A stretch of DNA of 64,000 nt from an uncultured delta proteobacterium (GTDB lineage: Bacteria; Desulfobacterota; Zymogenia; Zymogenales; Zymogenaceae). The stretch covers positions 352,001 through 416,000 of the forward strand of contig CAVTLK010000001.1 in assembly GCA_963735595.1 (NCBI GenBank), in the 5' to 3' direction. The stretch's first letter is position 1, and each line of letters begins with the position of its first letter. The position numbers and the translations under genes are program-made. The notes beneath the pieces were generated by a model. The model ran no database searches. It had not been told where the DNA came from and saw only the letters and a program-made list of their open reading frames with translations. Below are positions 48,508 to 57,637 of this stretch, piece by piece.

Positions 48508-48867
48508 TCAGACCTCGGGCCAGATAACGGCCGATATGACGTCGATGCGCATGACATCCTCCTGGGTCCCCTTGACCTTGATCTCGCCCCTCAGGTACTT
48601 CTGGGTGGGATTTATATCTCCCCAGAACATGTCGCACATCGTTTCGCTGTCCGTCTCCACGATGATATCGGGCGTTCCGTCCGACCCCTTGTCGTTCTTC
48701 ACGATCTCACCTTCTACCACCTTCATGGTAAAGGAATCACCCGTGTCGACGGCCTTGAAATGGAGCAGCTTAGTCCAGTCTCGCTGCATTTTGCGCAGGC
48801 GCTTATTGGTGTTGCACTGCTCCGTGAAATCGGCCAAGGCTTCCCATATCTCGTCAGCGGTCGCCAT
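48508..48867 (-). CDS. SCP2 sterol/lipid-binding domain protein
   Basis: PDIIVETDSET..DMFWGDINPTQKYLRGEIKVKG, the SCP2 C-terminal signature. Confidence 0.85.
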   Translation of the reverse strand: MATADEIWEALADFTEQCNTNKRLRKMQRDWTKLLHFKAVDTGDSFTMKVVEGEIVKNDKGSDGTPDIIVETDSETMCDMFWGDINPTQKYLRGEIKVKGTQEDVMRIDVISAVIWPEV

Positions 48868-48885
48868 ACAAGAACCTCCTGTCTA

Positions 48886-50165
48886 TTAGTACTTTTCTAT
48901 TCCGCCCTGTTTCATTATCTCGACCATCGATTTATCGAGGGCATCTAAGACAAAGTCAACCTCCTCGGGCGTGATCACCAGCGACGGCATTATCCTCATC
49001 ACCGAGGGCTCGTTGCCGGTATAGATAGCCATAACACCATGCTGCGCCAGCTGGTAGCTCATCCGCGGACCGATGCTGTCGTTGGTGTACTGTAATCCCA
49101 TCATAAGGCCTTTACGCCTCACCTCCGTGAGAAGCTCGGGGTATTTCTTGATCAGCTCATCGAAACCTTTTTGGAAGCGCTCTCCCATCTTTGCCGCATG
49201 CTCGGGGAGCTTGTTTTTTATGAGATAGTCAATAACCGCCAGCCCGACTATACAGCCGATATCCGATCCGCCGAAGGTAGACAGATGGGTAAAGGCGTGC
49301 GTCATGACGAAATCGCCCAACTCCTCCCGGTAGATTGTCGCAGAGATCGGATAGAGCGCCCCCCCAGTGATTTGGCGACGGTAATGATATCCGGAACGAC
49401 GCCGGAATGCTCGCAGCAAAACATCTTTCCCGTCCGCCCGAATCCGGTTTGAATCTCGTCGAAGATAAGCATCACATCATGGTCGTCGCAGAGCTTTCTC
49501 ATGCCTTTTACGTAATCGTCTGTTGCAAGGTGAATACCCCCCTCCCCCTGCACAAGCTCGATGATAATCGCCGCCGTATCCTCGGTGATCGCCTCTTCCA
49601 GCGCCGAGAGGTTATTATACGGGACATGTTTATACCCCGGCACCATCGGGCCGAAGGGCTTCCGGTATTCATCCCGGCCGATCGCCGCCAGTGAAAATCC
49701 CGTATGTCCGTGGTAGGCCTTGATCGTCGAGATTATCTCGTTTTTCATGGTATAGCCGCGGGCGAGTTTTATGGCAAAATCATTGGCCTCCCCGCCGCCC
49801 GACCCGTACATGACATACTGGAGGTCGCCGGGCGTGATCTCGGCGAGACGCTTGGCCAGGTCGGCCTTGGGCTTGCTGCAGAGCAGAAAGACGCCGAGAT
49901 CATAGTCGTCCAGCGCCTTTTTCAGGGCATCGATAATCTCGGGGTTTCTCCTGCCGACGTTAAATGATCCCGCGGACGTGATGCAATCGATGTACTTCTT
50001 CCCGGTAATGTCCCAGACGGCCGCTCCCTCGCGCTTCCCCTCTATGATATCCAACCCGGCGTTTTTCAATACCCGTGCCTTCTGCGGATTGACGTATCGC
50101 GAGAAGTCAGCCAGCGCTTGTTTCTTTATTTCCTCCAGCTTTTCCTTGGAATCCTTACCGCCCAT
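48886..50165 (-). CDS. Class III PLP-dependent aminotransferase, copy 1, one indel in a G7 run near 49360
   Basis: DEIQTGFGRTG...PDIITVAKSLGG continues as ALYPISA...STFGG...PSLVIT if one G is added. Confidence 0.9.
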
Positions 50166-50296
50166 GTTTTTCTCCGTACTAGATCCTTTCAAAATAGTGT
50201 GCTATATGTCTATGAAAATATCTATTTATCACGAGACCGGCACGTATCTATTGCATCAACCTCGCTCTTTCGCTCAATATCTCGCGCCAAAACGCC

Positions 50297-50956
50297 CTAT
50301 TTCGGTGATCGTGCCATGACTCCTCTCAGCAGTATTTCCAGCTGAGAGGCAACCAGCGCTTCCAGGTTCAGATTAAAGCCCTTCAGATACCCCATGAGAT
50401 CAAGGATGAGTATCCCCTCTAATCCCGCCCAGAGATTAAAGCTGGCCTCTATGCTGTTAAGGTCGGATGAAAAATCTCCGGCGGACATCCCATCTGCCAC
50501 AACGCCTTCGATGATAGTAACGGCCTGGGTCGTTAAATCTCTGAGCCGTTCTCTGAGATGCTCCGATTGACCCCGCTTGGTGAAACCAAGATCATGAAAA
50601 GTGAGCATCTCGAAATATTCGGTGTAGTCGGTATAGAAGGTAACGTACTGGCGGGCGACGGCCCGTATGCGGTCTTGCGGCGTGCCGTCTATCAGGGCTG
50701 CCTTTTTAATGAGGCCGATAACTACCATGAAGGCCTCTTCGCAGACTTTCTCGTAGATCTCGTCTTTTCCGGAGAAATAGACGTAGATCGCCCCGGTGGA
50801 AAGCTCCGCGCCAAGGGCTACATCCCGCATCGTGGCGCCGAGGTAGCCCTTTTCGAGAAATAGTTTGCGCGCGGAATTCAGGATGCGCTCTACACGCTCC
50901 TGCTTTTCGACCTCAATCCGTTGAGCGATGACGCTTTCCATATGCAGGACACTCAA
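50297..50956 (-). CDS. TetR/AcrR-family transcriptional regulator
   Basis: IL.SA..LF.EKGY...TMRDVA..AELSTGAIYVYFSGKDEI helix-turn-helix. Confidence 0.93.
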   Translation of the reverse strand: MSVLHMESVIAQRIEVEKQERVERILNSARKLFLEKGYLGATMRDVALGAELSTGAIYVYFSGKDEIYEKVCEEAFMVVIGLIKKAALIDGTPQDRIRAVARQYVTFYTDYTEYFEMLTFHDLGFTKRGQSEHLRERLRDLTTQAVTIIEGVVADGMSAGDFSSDLNSIEASFNLWAGLEGILILDLMGYLKGFNLNLEALVASQLEILLRGVMARSPK

Positions 50957-50983
50957 TGGGAATTACTAAAAAGGCCGGTCATG

Positions 50984-51021
50984 AACATCGTTATGCTACA
51001 AAACAGCGTTACATAAGTCAA
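50984..51021 (-). promoter_or_regulatory. Sigma70 promoter of tetR with two AACGnTGTT boxes
   Basis: TTGACT (51021-51016), 17 nt, TAGCAT (50998-50993); TAACGCTGTT in the spacer and TAACGATGTT just after the -10. Confidence 0.65.
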
Positions 51022-51199
51022 GGTTTTTTTATTGGTCAATCCCGCTATTCTTCCCAAATCACGGAAATCACTCCTCATAAAAACCTACACGCGCTCAAGG
51101 AGTCCGTTCCGCATCGATGCATCTCTGATACTATCTGCTATTACCCGATTGTCACGCACCCGGGATTTCTCGGAAAAATAATGCCCTGGCATTTTAAGT

Positions 51200-51439
51200 C
51201 TATCCGCCGATAATTGGCGGGAGGATCGTGACGGTGTCCCCATTTTTGAGGGGCCTGTCTCTCGTAACCCGCTCGGAGCCGACAAAGAGCAGATATTCAC
51301 GGTCAGACGGCACGCCGAGAGCAGTGAGGGCTTGGCCGAGAACTGCGCCGTCAGCCACGGTGAGGGTAAACGGCTCCCTGTAGTCTTTTCCGGGCGCGTA
51401 GGCTTTCAGCACGTAATGGAGCTTTATCATGATTTCCAT
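51200..51439 (-). CDS. MoaD/ThiS-family sulfur carrier (start at 51439 or 51430)
   Basis: Ends LKNGDTVTILPPIIGG; about 79 aa. Confidence 0.85.
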   Translation of the reverse strand: MEIMIKLHYVLKAYAPGKDYREPFTLTVADGAVLGQALTALGVPSDREYLLFVGSERVTRDRPLKNGDTVTILPPIIGG

Positions 51440-51545
51440 CACTACCCAACTACTTATCGCTATCGATCGACCCTGCCCCGTATATGGAATCCGTCCTCTG
51501 GAAACGATACACAATGACCGTTCGCCGGATAGGCGGGGAAAGCAT

Positions 51546-52163
51546 TCATTCTTCAAATATGATGGAGGTATCTCCCTTGCCTTCCCTTATTACCGTTGGG
51601 GTATCGCCGGATAGATCAATAATGGTAGAGTGATGCGCGGCAATCCTTCCCCCATCGACTACCAGGTCTACTGATCGCCCCAGTCTCTCAGCGATCTCTT
51701 CAGCATCGTTGAACAGCTCATTTTCGGCATTCTTGACACTTGTAGTAATGATTGGGTTACCGAGGAGTTGAACCATCATGATGCAAATATTGTTATCAGG
51801 AATTCGTATTCCGACCGTCTTATGTCGTGTGAGCATGATCTTCGGAACATTACGGGAGGCCTCGAGGACAAACGTGTATGGTCCCGGGATCAGTCGCTTC
51901 ATGATATTGAACGCCTGGTTGCTCACCTGGGCATACGTGCTGATATCGGTAAGGTTTGGGCAGAGAAAGCTGAGTGGTTTGTTCGGGTCTTTACCCTTGA
52001 TTTTATAGAGCCGTTCGATGGCTCCTTTCTGGAGGATATCGCACCCGATACCGTAAATCGTATCGGTCGGATAGGCAATAACATCGCCCTTCCGAAGTCT
52101 CTCGACGACAAGCCGGATAAGCCGTTGCTCGGGATTGACTGGATTGATCTTCTGGATCTGCAT
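51546..52163 (-). CDS. L-threonylcarbamoyladenylate synthase family protein (TsaC/YciO-like)
   Basis: AYPTDTIYG.GC, KPLS, PGPYTF, VGIRIPD, STIIDL. Confidence 0.9.
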   Translation of the reverse strand: MQIQKINPVNPEQRLIRLVVERLRKGDVIAYPTDTIYGIGCDILQKGAIERLYKIKGKDPNKPLSFLCPNLTDISTYAQVSNQAFNIMKRLIPGPYTFVLEASRNVPKIMLTRHKTVGIRIPDNNICIMMVQLLGNPIITTSVKNAENELFNDAEEIAERLGRSVDLVVDGGRIAAHHSTIIDLSGDTPTVIREGKGDTSIIFEE

Positions 52164-52277
52164 GTCCCTCCCTCTCCTGTCATTGCACGTGTATCATCTA
52201 TCACACTGCCCCATAAATGTCAACAACGATACCAAGAAACCCGCCCTATATCAGAATTCCGCGCCTCCGTTATCTCC

Positions 52278-52307
52278 TTGACATAAGCGCCTGTAATCAC
52301 CTATAAT
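52278..52307 (+). promoter_or_regulatory. Consensus sigma70 promoter
   Basis: TTGACA (52278-52283), 18 nt, TATAAT (52302-52307). Confidence 0.7.
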
Positions 52308-52332
52308 TTAGTAATACTACGGTAATAGTTGC

Positions 52333-53001
52333 ATGAGCCTGATAGAAACCCATTGCCCGAAATGTAGGAAAAAGATATTCCTCGATCTCGAAGAGGTTGT
52401 CTCCGACAGCGCCGTTCGCCCGATTAAATGCTCCCAATGCGGCAACGAGTTTATGTTCGGATTCGACTCGGAGGCATATCCGGTTTCCTCCGAAACCTCT
52501 CCCGACATACCCTCTCAGCCAAAAAGCGATTCCCCGGGGCAAGAACAGGGACCTTCGGACCCACAAACCCCAAAGACACGGCTTGTAAAAAAGTTCGTAG
52601 TCAAACGGGTCCCCAAGGCGCGCCCTAAAGCCGATAAACGTGTTCTTATCATCGAGGATTCGGTAATTACCAGGCAGCAGGTGGCCGACCTCTTCCTTGA
52701 TGACGTCCAAACGGTCATAGCCCACGAAAAAGCCGAGGATGGTCTCAGGGAACTCTCGAGGGGCGTACCCGACCTCCTCATCGTTGACCTCGTACTCCCC
52801 CGAATGTCGGGAGATGAATTCATCACTATCGCGAGGAAGCACGTCCCGACAAAAAATATTATAATCTTCACCGCGACTCACGCAACGAACCTGGACATTT
52901 TCGACGAGCGCATGGAGGGGATGAGCCTGGTTTTTAAGGAAGGCCCCGACTCATTTGAGGAACTCAGAGAAAAGGGAATGCAGATATTAGGACTCGAGTG
53001 A
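52333..53001 (+). CDS. Zinc-ribbon plus receiver-domain response regulator
   Basis: CPKC...CSQC, Pro/Ser-rich linker, then VLIIEDS, LIVDLVLPRMSG (phospho-Asp), IIIFTA and the conserved Lys. Confidence 0.85.
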   Translation: MSLIETHCPKCRKKIFLDLEEVVSDSAVRPIKCSQCGNEFMFGFDSEAYPVSSETSPDIPSQPKSDSPGQEQGPSDPQTPKTRLVKKFVVKRVPKARPKADKRVLIIEDSVITRQQVADLFLDDVQTVIAHEKAEDGLRELSRGVPDLLIVDLVLPRMSGDEFITIARKHVPTKNIIIFTATHATNLDIFDERMEGMSLVFKEGPDSFEELREKGMQILGLE

Positions 53002-53026
53002 AGACCGTTATCGTGTCTTTGCGGAT

Positions 53027-53057
53027 AAAAAAACCCGGCACAGAGTCCGGGTTTTTT
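53027..53057. terminator. Bidirectional intrinsic terminator
   Basis: AAAAAACCCGG-loop-CCGGGTTTTTT between convergent genes. Confidence 0.8.
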
Positions 53058-53073
53058 CGTTTATTTTATCTTT

Positions 53074-53403
53074 CTAGTTGGACGATTTGCGCCGCTTAAG
53101 AACCGCGCCTACCCCCCAGCCTAACCCGAAGAGCACGAGCGTTCCGACGAGACTTGCCGCCATGCCGGAGATCGGCCTCTCTCCCAGTAAGGGAATCGTA
53201 TAATCGGGCATGAGCGAATGTCCCCAGGCAAGAACTTCACCGAGGTGCAGAAAACCGAGCTTTTCCGCAGCCTTCTCCAGCCCGTCGGGGCTCGATGAAG
53301 CAAAGGGCGACAGAAAAAACGCGATCACCAGGCAAATGCCAAGGGCAACGACAATAAACCCCGTATTATTTTTCTTAACCCCCGTAGCGTTCTTTTTACC
53401 CAT
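53074..53403 (-). CDS. PDGLE-domain protein (NikN-like ECF component)
   Basis: SPFASSSPDGLEK, PDYTIP, two transmembrane helices; start overlaps the upstream stop. Confidence 0.88.
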   Translation of the reverse strand: MGKKNATGVKKNNTGFIVVALGICLVIAFFLSPFASSSPDGLEKAAEKLGFLHLGEVLAWGHSLMPDYTIPLLGERPISGMAASLVGTLVLFGLGWGVGAVLKRRKSSN

Positions 53404-54076
53404 TTTCCGCGACCTCCCCTCCGATGAGCCCGGTCTTTCCCCCAGACCACGCATATACCAGATCCGGCCTGGCGTTGAGCATGTACGAGAGAACGGCCGT
53501 TGTCACCACCGCATCCCCCAGCCCGATGAGGACGTGAAACACCGTCATAACCGGAATCACCACCGCAAAGGGGATTGTCCCCGATACGCCGAGCTCTATG
53601 CTGCACACAAACGCGGCCAGGACCACGGCCAGCCATGAAACGCCGAAGGTCACCGCCAAGAATGAGCCTTTCGTTTTGGGAAGAACCTTGACGATCAAGG
53701 CGAAGATCGCGTAGGGAATTATCCCTCCAATGATCCCCATGTTCAGGACGTTGGCCCCGAGGGCGGTAATCCCGCCGTCGGCAAACAGGAGACACTGCAT
53801 AGCCAGCACCAGCGTCATAATCCAGAATCCCACCGACGGTCCCAACAACAGGCAGGCCAGCATCGCCCCCAGGAAATGGCCGCTCGTTCCCCCGCCAATC
53901 GGAAAATTGATCATCTGTGCGGCGAAGATGAAGGCGGCCGATATCCCCGCCAGGGGGACAAACCGGTCAGCGAATCGACGCTTGGCCTGCACGATCGTCG
54001 CGGCGCCGACCGCGGCAGACACCCCATATGTCGCCGCCGCAACCGGCAGAGAAAGAAATCCATCAGGTATGTGCAT
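53396..54076 (-). CDS. ECF nickel/cobalt substrate-binding component (NikM/CbiM family)
   Basis: MHIPDGFL metal-binding N-terminus, FAAQMINFPI.GGTSGH, FADGG.TALGAN. Confidence 0.92.
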   Translation of the reverse strand: MHIPDGFLSLPVAAATYGVSAAVGAATIVQAKRRFADRFVPLAGISAAFIFAAQMINFPIGGGTSGHFLGAMLACLLLGPSVGFWIMTLVLAMQCLLFADGGITALGANVLNMGIIGGIIPYAIFALIVKVLPKTKGSFLAVTFGVSWLAVVLAAFVCSIELGVSGTIPFAVVIPVMTVFHVLIGLGDAVVTTAVLSYMLNARPDLVYAWSGGKTGLIGGEVAENG

Positions 54077-54087
54077 CATTGCCCTCC

Positions 54088-54513
54088 TTAAGGTAAATCT
54101 TTTCCGGTAGTGGTCAGTATCATTTTGCCGTGCCTGACGCCGCGCGTACTGATAAGTTTATTACCAAGATCGAGGATGGACCCGGCCGGGCCCCTGAGGA
54201 CGAGAATTTCGAGGCAGTTATGCCGGTCGAGATGGATATGCAGGGCCGAGTGGACTACCCCGTGCCGTTCGTGCTGTAGTTCCGTAAGCTTCGAAGGTAA
54301 ATCCGACTCGTGATGGTCATACACGATGGACACGACGGCCATCCGCTCTTCATCCCGGTCGGGCGCCTCCCATTCCTGGCCGACCAGGGTATCCCTTATC
54401 AGGTCACGGATTGCCTCCGACCGGTTTTCATACCCTTTCCCGGAAAGATAGGTGTCGAACAGCTCGAGGAGCTGCCGGTCAAGCGAAACACCGAAACGAA
54501 TCAGATCGCTCAT
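54088..54513 (-). CDS. nikR: Nickel-responsive regulator NikR
   Basis: RFGVSLD, GY.NRSEAIRDLIR (ribbon-helix-helix), YDHH, QH, HIHLD.HNCLE. Confidence 0.96.
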   Translation of the reverse strand: MSDLIRFGVSLDRQLLELFDTYLSGKGYENRSEAIRDLIRDTLVGQEWEAPDRDEERMAVVSIVYDHHESDLPSKLTELQHERHGVVHSALHIHLDRHNCLEILVLRGPAGSILDLGNKLISTRGVRHGKMILTTTGKDLP

Positions 54514-54526
54514 AGTACCCTCAATC

Positions 54527-54582
54527 GTGTTACTAATTTTGCTTTCGTGTTACCATTGTAGCGCCATGCATATTTTTGTCAA
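54527..54582 (-). promoter_or_regulatory. nikR promoter with putative NikR operator
   Basis: TTGACA (54582-54577), 16 nt, TACAAT (54560-54555); GTGTTAC-N13-GTGTTAC at 54527-54553. Confidence 0.7.
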
Positions 54583-54655
54583 GATAATTTTTGTGGCTCA
54601 AATTCCGTTGTGTTATTCCACCATTTCGTCTACAATCTTTTAGTAGGATATTAGA

Positions 54656-55621
54656 ATGAAAGAACTACTGCGTATAGAGGATCTCAGGACCTATTTCTTC
54701 ACCGAGCAGGGCGTCGTCAAAGCAGTCGATGGTGTTGATCTTTCGGTCAACACCTCACAGACGATCGGACTTGTTGGGGAGAGCGGGTGCGGCAAGAGCA
54801 TGACGGCCCTCTCTATCCTCGGCCTGGTCCCCTCCCCCCCGGGAAAGATCGTATCCGGCAAGATTCTCTTCGAGGGAACCGACCTTGTGACCCTCGGCGA
54901 GGCCGAAGTTCTGAGAATCCGGGGAAATCGAATCTCCATGGTATTCCAGGAACCGATGACTTCCCTTAATCCCGTTTTTACCGTCGGAGAACAGATTGCC
55001 GAGGTCTTTTGCTATCATACCGACCTGCCAAAGCGCGAACGTCATCTGCGGGCGGTCGATATCCTTAAGCAGGTGGGAATTCCTTCCCCCGAACGGAGGT
55101 TTTTTGACTACCCTCACCAGCTATCCGGAGGGATGCGGCAGCGTGTCATGATTGCCATGGCGCTTGCCCTATCCCCCACGCTGCTGATAGCCGATGAGCC
55201 GACAACCGCACTTGACGTTACGATTCAGGCGCAAATACTGGAGCTGATCGACGCCCTGAAAAAAGAACATACGATGTCGATGGTTCTGATTACACACGAC
55301 CTGGGCGTCGTATCCGAGGTGGCCGAGCAGCTCTTCGTTATGTACGCGGGAACCATCGTTGAGGCCGGTCCCGTAAAATACATATTCGACACACCGCTTC
55401 ATCCCTATACCCAGGGACTCCTCAAGGCTTTGCCCGCCCTTGGGTCGGGAGGCAAGGCCCTCTATACCATACCGGGAAACGTCCCGAGGCTCTCGGAAAT
55501 ACCAGCCGGATGCAGGTTTTCGCCGCGCTGCCCGTACGTCTTCGACATCTGTAAACGGGAAGAACCGCCGATGTTTCGGCAGGATGCCGCCGGCCTGGTA
55601 AAGTGCTGGCTTTTCAGGTAG
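54656..55621 (+). CDS. Oligopeptide/dipeptide ABC transporter ATPase (OppD/DppD-like)
   Basis: [43 protein letters not shown]-terminal Cys cluster. Confidence 0.93.
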   Translation: MKELLRIEDLRTYFFTEQGVVKAVDGVDLSVNTSQTIGLVGESGCGKSMTALSILGLVPSPPGKIVSGKILFEGTDLVTLGEAEVLRIRGNRISMVFQEPMTSLNPVFTVGEQIAEVFCYHTDLPKRERHLRAVDILKQVGIPSPERRFFDYPHQLSGGMRQRVMIAMALALSPTLLIADEPTTALDVTIQAQILELIDALKKEHTMSMVLITHDLGVVSEVAEQLFVMYAGTIVEAGPVKYIFDTPLHPYTQGLLKALPALGSGGKALYTIPGNVPRLSEIPAGCRFSPRCPYVFDICKREEPPMFRQDAAGLVKCWLFR

Positions 55622-55627
55622 GACGCA

Positions 55628-56591
55628 ATGGAACCGTTGATCGAGCTTATTGCCGTTCGGAAATACTATCCGGTCAGCCGCGGATTCTTTAAACGCAAGG
55701 ATCTCACCGTAAAAGCGGTAGACGATGTCGACATGGTTATCTATCGGGGTGAGACGCTCGGTATCGTGGGCGAGAGCGGGTGCGGCAAGAGCACCCTCGG
55801 GAGGCTGATCCTCCGGCTTGAGGAACCGACCCGGGGGAAAATTATATATGCGGGTCAGGACATGGCCTCGTTTTCACCGGGACGGCTGCGGAGGCTTCGC
55901 GCCAGGCTCTCGATAATCTTTCAAGACCCCTACGCCTCACTGAATCCGAGAAAAAGCGTCTATTCAATAATCGCCGAGGGAATGACGAATCCATCGGCTT
56001 TCCGACCGTTCGGGATTGCGCCGGCGTGCCGCCGATCTCCTTGAGCAGGTCGGTATGTCCGAGGACGACCTTGACCGCTACCCGCACGAGTTTTCCGGCG
56101 GTCAGCGACAGAGAATCGGGATTGCCCGCGCCCTGGCGCTCTCGCCGGAGCTGATCATCGCCGATGAGCCGGTATCGTCGCTCGATGTCTCTATTCAGGC
56201 GCAGATCATTAACATTCTGATGTCCCTCAAGGAGCGCTTCGGCCTTACCTATGTGTTTATATCTCACGACCTTTCAGTGGTTCGGTATATGAGCGACCGA
56301 GTGGGGGTGATGTATCTCGGAAAGATCATGGAGCTTTCCGGCAAGGATGAGCTGTACGAAAAGCCCCTCCATCCCTATACCGCCGCCCTCCTTTCCGCGG
56401 TTCCCACAATACGTGGAAACGGCCGTAAGCGGCGCATTATCCTCCGGGGCGACATCCCCAGCCCTATCTTCGTGCCGACCGGATGCCGATTTCATACCCG
56501 ATGCCCGGAGGCCCAGGGTATATGCTCACAAGAAACGCCGCTCCTTTTAGATAAGGGCGGCGGAAGGTTCTGCGCATGTCATTTCAGGTAA
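55628..56591 (+). CDS. Oligopeptide/dipeptide ABC transporter ATPase (OppF/DppF-like), frameshift near 55990
   Basis: GESGCGKST and [11 protein letters not shown] in the first frame; [13 protein letters not shown] and DEPVSSLD in the second. Confidence 0.9.
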
Positions 56592-56639
56592 GTTGTAGCC
56601 CGACAGGACCACGGTAGGGTCGGCATCGGGCGCTTATCG

Positions 56640-57485
56640 CTATTTCAAGAGACGCGGGCCGATCCATTTCTCGATATCCTTGTAGACGGCAACGCGCTCT
56701 AACTCGTTCAATATCTCGTGGTACATCCCCGAATAAATAGAAAGCTTCTTATCGGTTGAAGCGATGGCGTCAAAAAACCGCTTGCTCCCGTCAGGCGAAA
56801 CCACCTGATCCGCGCCAGCATGCATGATGAGGAACGGGAGAGTCACCGTTTCGGCCTTATGGAAGGCCACCTTCATCGCGGATGAGCACTCGGTGAAAAA
56901 CCGCGCCGTGACCTTGTTGTGGACGAGATCGTCTTCCATATACTTCTTGACAACATCCTTGTCGTGCGAAAGGTTAACCGGATCGATCTCATTGGTCAGG
57001 GAAAACCGCGGAAGATACCTGGATAGCTTATCCCCGACGTAGGCCATGAACGGGGATACAGTATGCCTCAGTTTGAGCGCGGCCGACGAGATAATAGCGC
57101 CGGCGAATAGGTCGGGATGCTCCTCTATATACCTTACGATGATGAGCCCCCCCAGCCCGTGGCCCATAATAAAAAACCGTTTATCGCCTTCACGCTTACG
57201 GACTATATTGACGAAGGTCGATAGGTCATCGAGGTAATCGGAGAAGGAGTCTATGTGTCCCCTCTTACCCGTGGATCTCCCATGACCTCTATGATCAAGA
57301 CCATAAAACGCGACTTTTCTATCTACGAAATACTCAATGGGAAAGAGATATCTGCCGCTGTGCTCACCCATGCTGTGGACATATATAACGACGTTATTAT
57401 ACGCCTTGGGCTTGAAAAACTGAAAAAAGATCTTCTCTCCTCCTATCCCTTCGAAGCTTCCCTCATCGTGAATATACTGCGACAT
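56640..57485 (-). CDS. Alpha/beta hydrolase of the monoglyceride lipase/lysophospholipase type with an atypical nucleophile elbow
   Basis: GEHSGRY, DHRGHGRS.G.RG, D.VV (Asp) and YHEI.NE (His); elbow reads GHGLGG. Confidence 0.88.
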   Translation of the reverse strand: MSQYIHDEGSFEGIGGEKIFFQFFKPKAYNNVVIYVHSMGEHSGRYLFPIEYFVDRKVAFYGLDHRGHGRSTGKRGHIDSFSDYLDDLSTFVNIVRKREGDKRFFIMGHGLGGLIIVRYIEEHPDLFAGAIISSAALKLRHTVSPFMAYVGDKLSRYLPRFSLTNEIDPVNLSHDKDVVKKYMEDDLVHNKVTARFFTECSSAMKVAFHKAETVTLPFLIMHAGADQVVSPDGSKRFFDAIASTDKKLSIYSGMYHEILNELERVAVYKDIEKWIGPRLLK

Positions 57486-57637
57486 GAGACCTCCATAACA
57501 CCCTCCGAAGACCCTGTCTTCGCGGGGGCCCCGACAAAAACCAAGAAACCAAAACCGTCATGGGTAACCGTATTACCCTTTTCTTTCGAATAGATCCATT
57601 CCCCGGTAACCACGCCGATGGTGCGTGCTATAGCGCC

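Noticed and set aside
47151..50165. Naming the aminotransferases argD, patA or hpnO
   Set aside because: Class III motifs do not fix the substrate, and the gene context fits none of these.
50237..50256. Sigma54 promoter-like CGGCACG...TTGCA
   Set aside because: The GG-to-GC spacing is 2 nt too long and it points away from the downstream gene.
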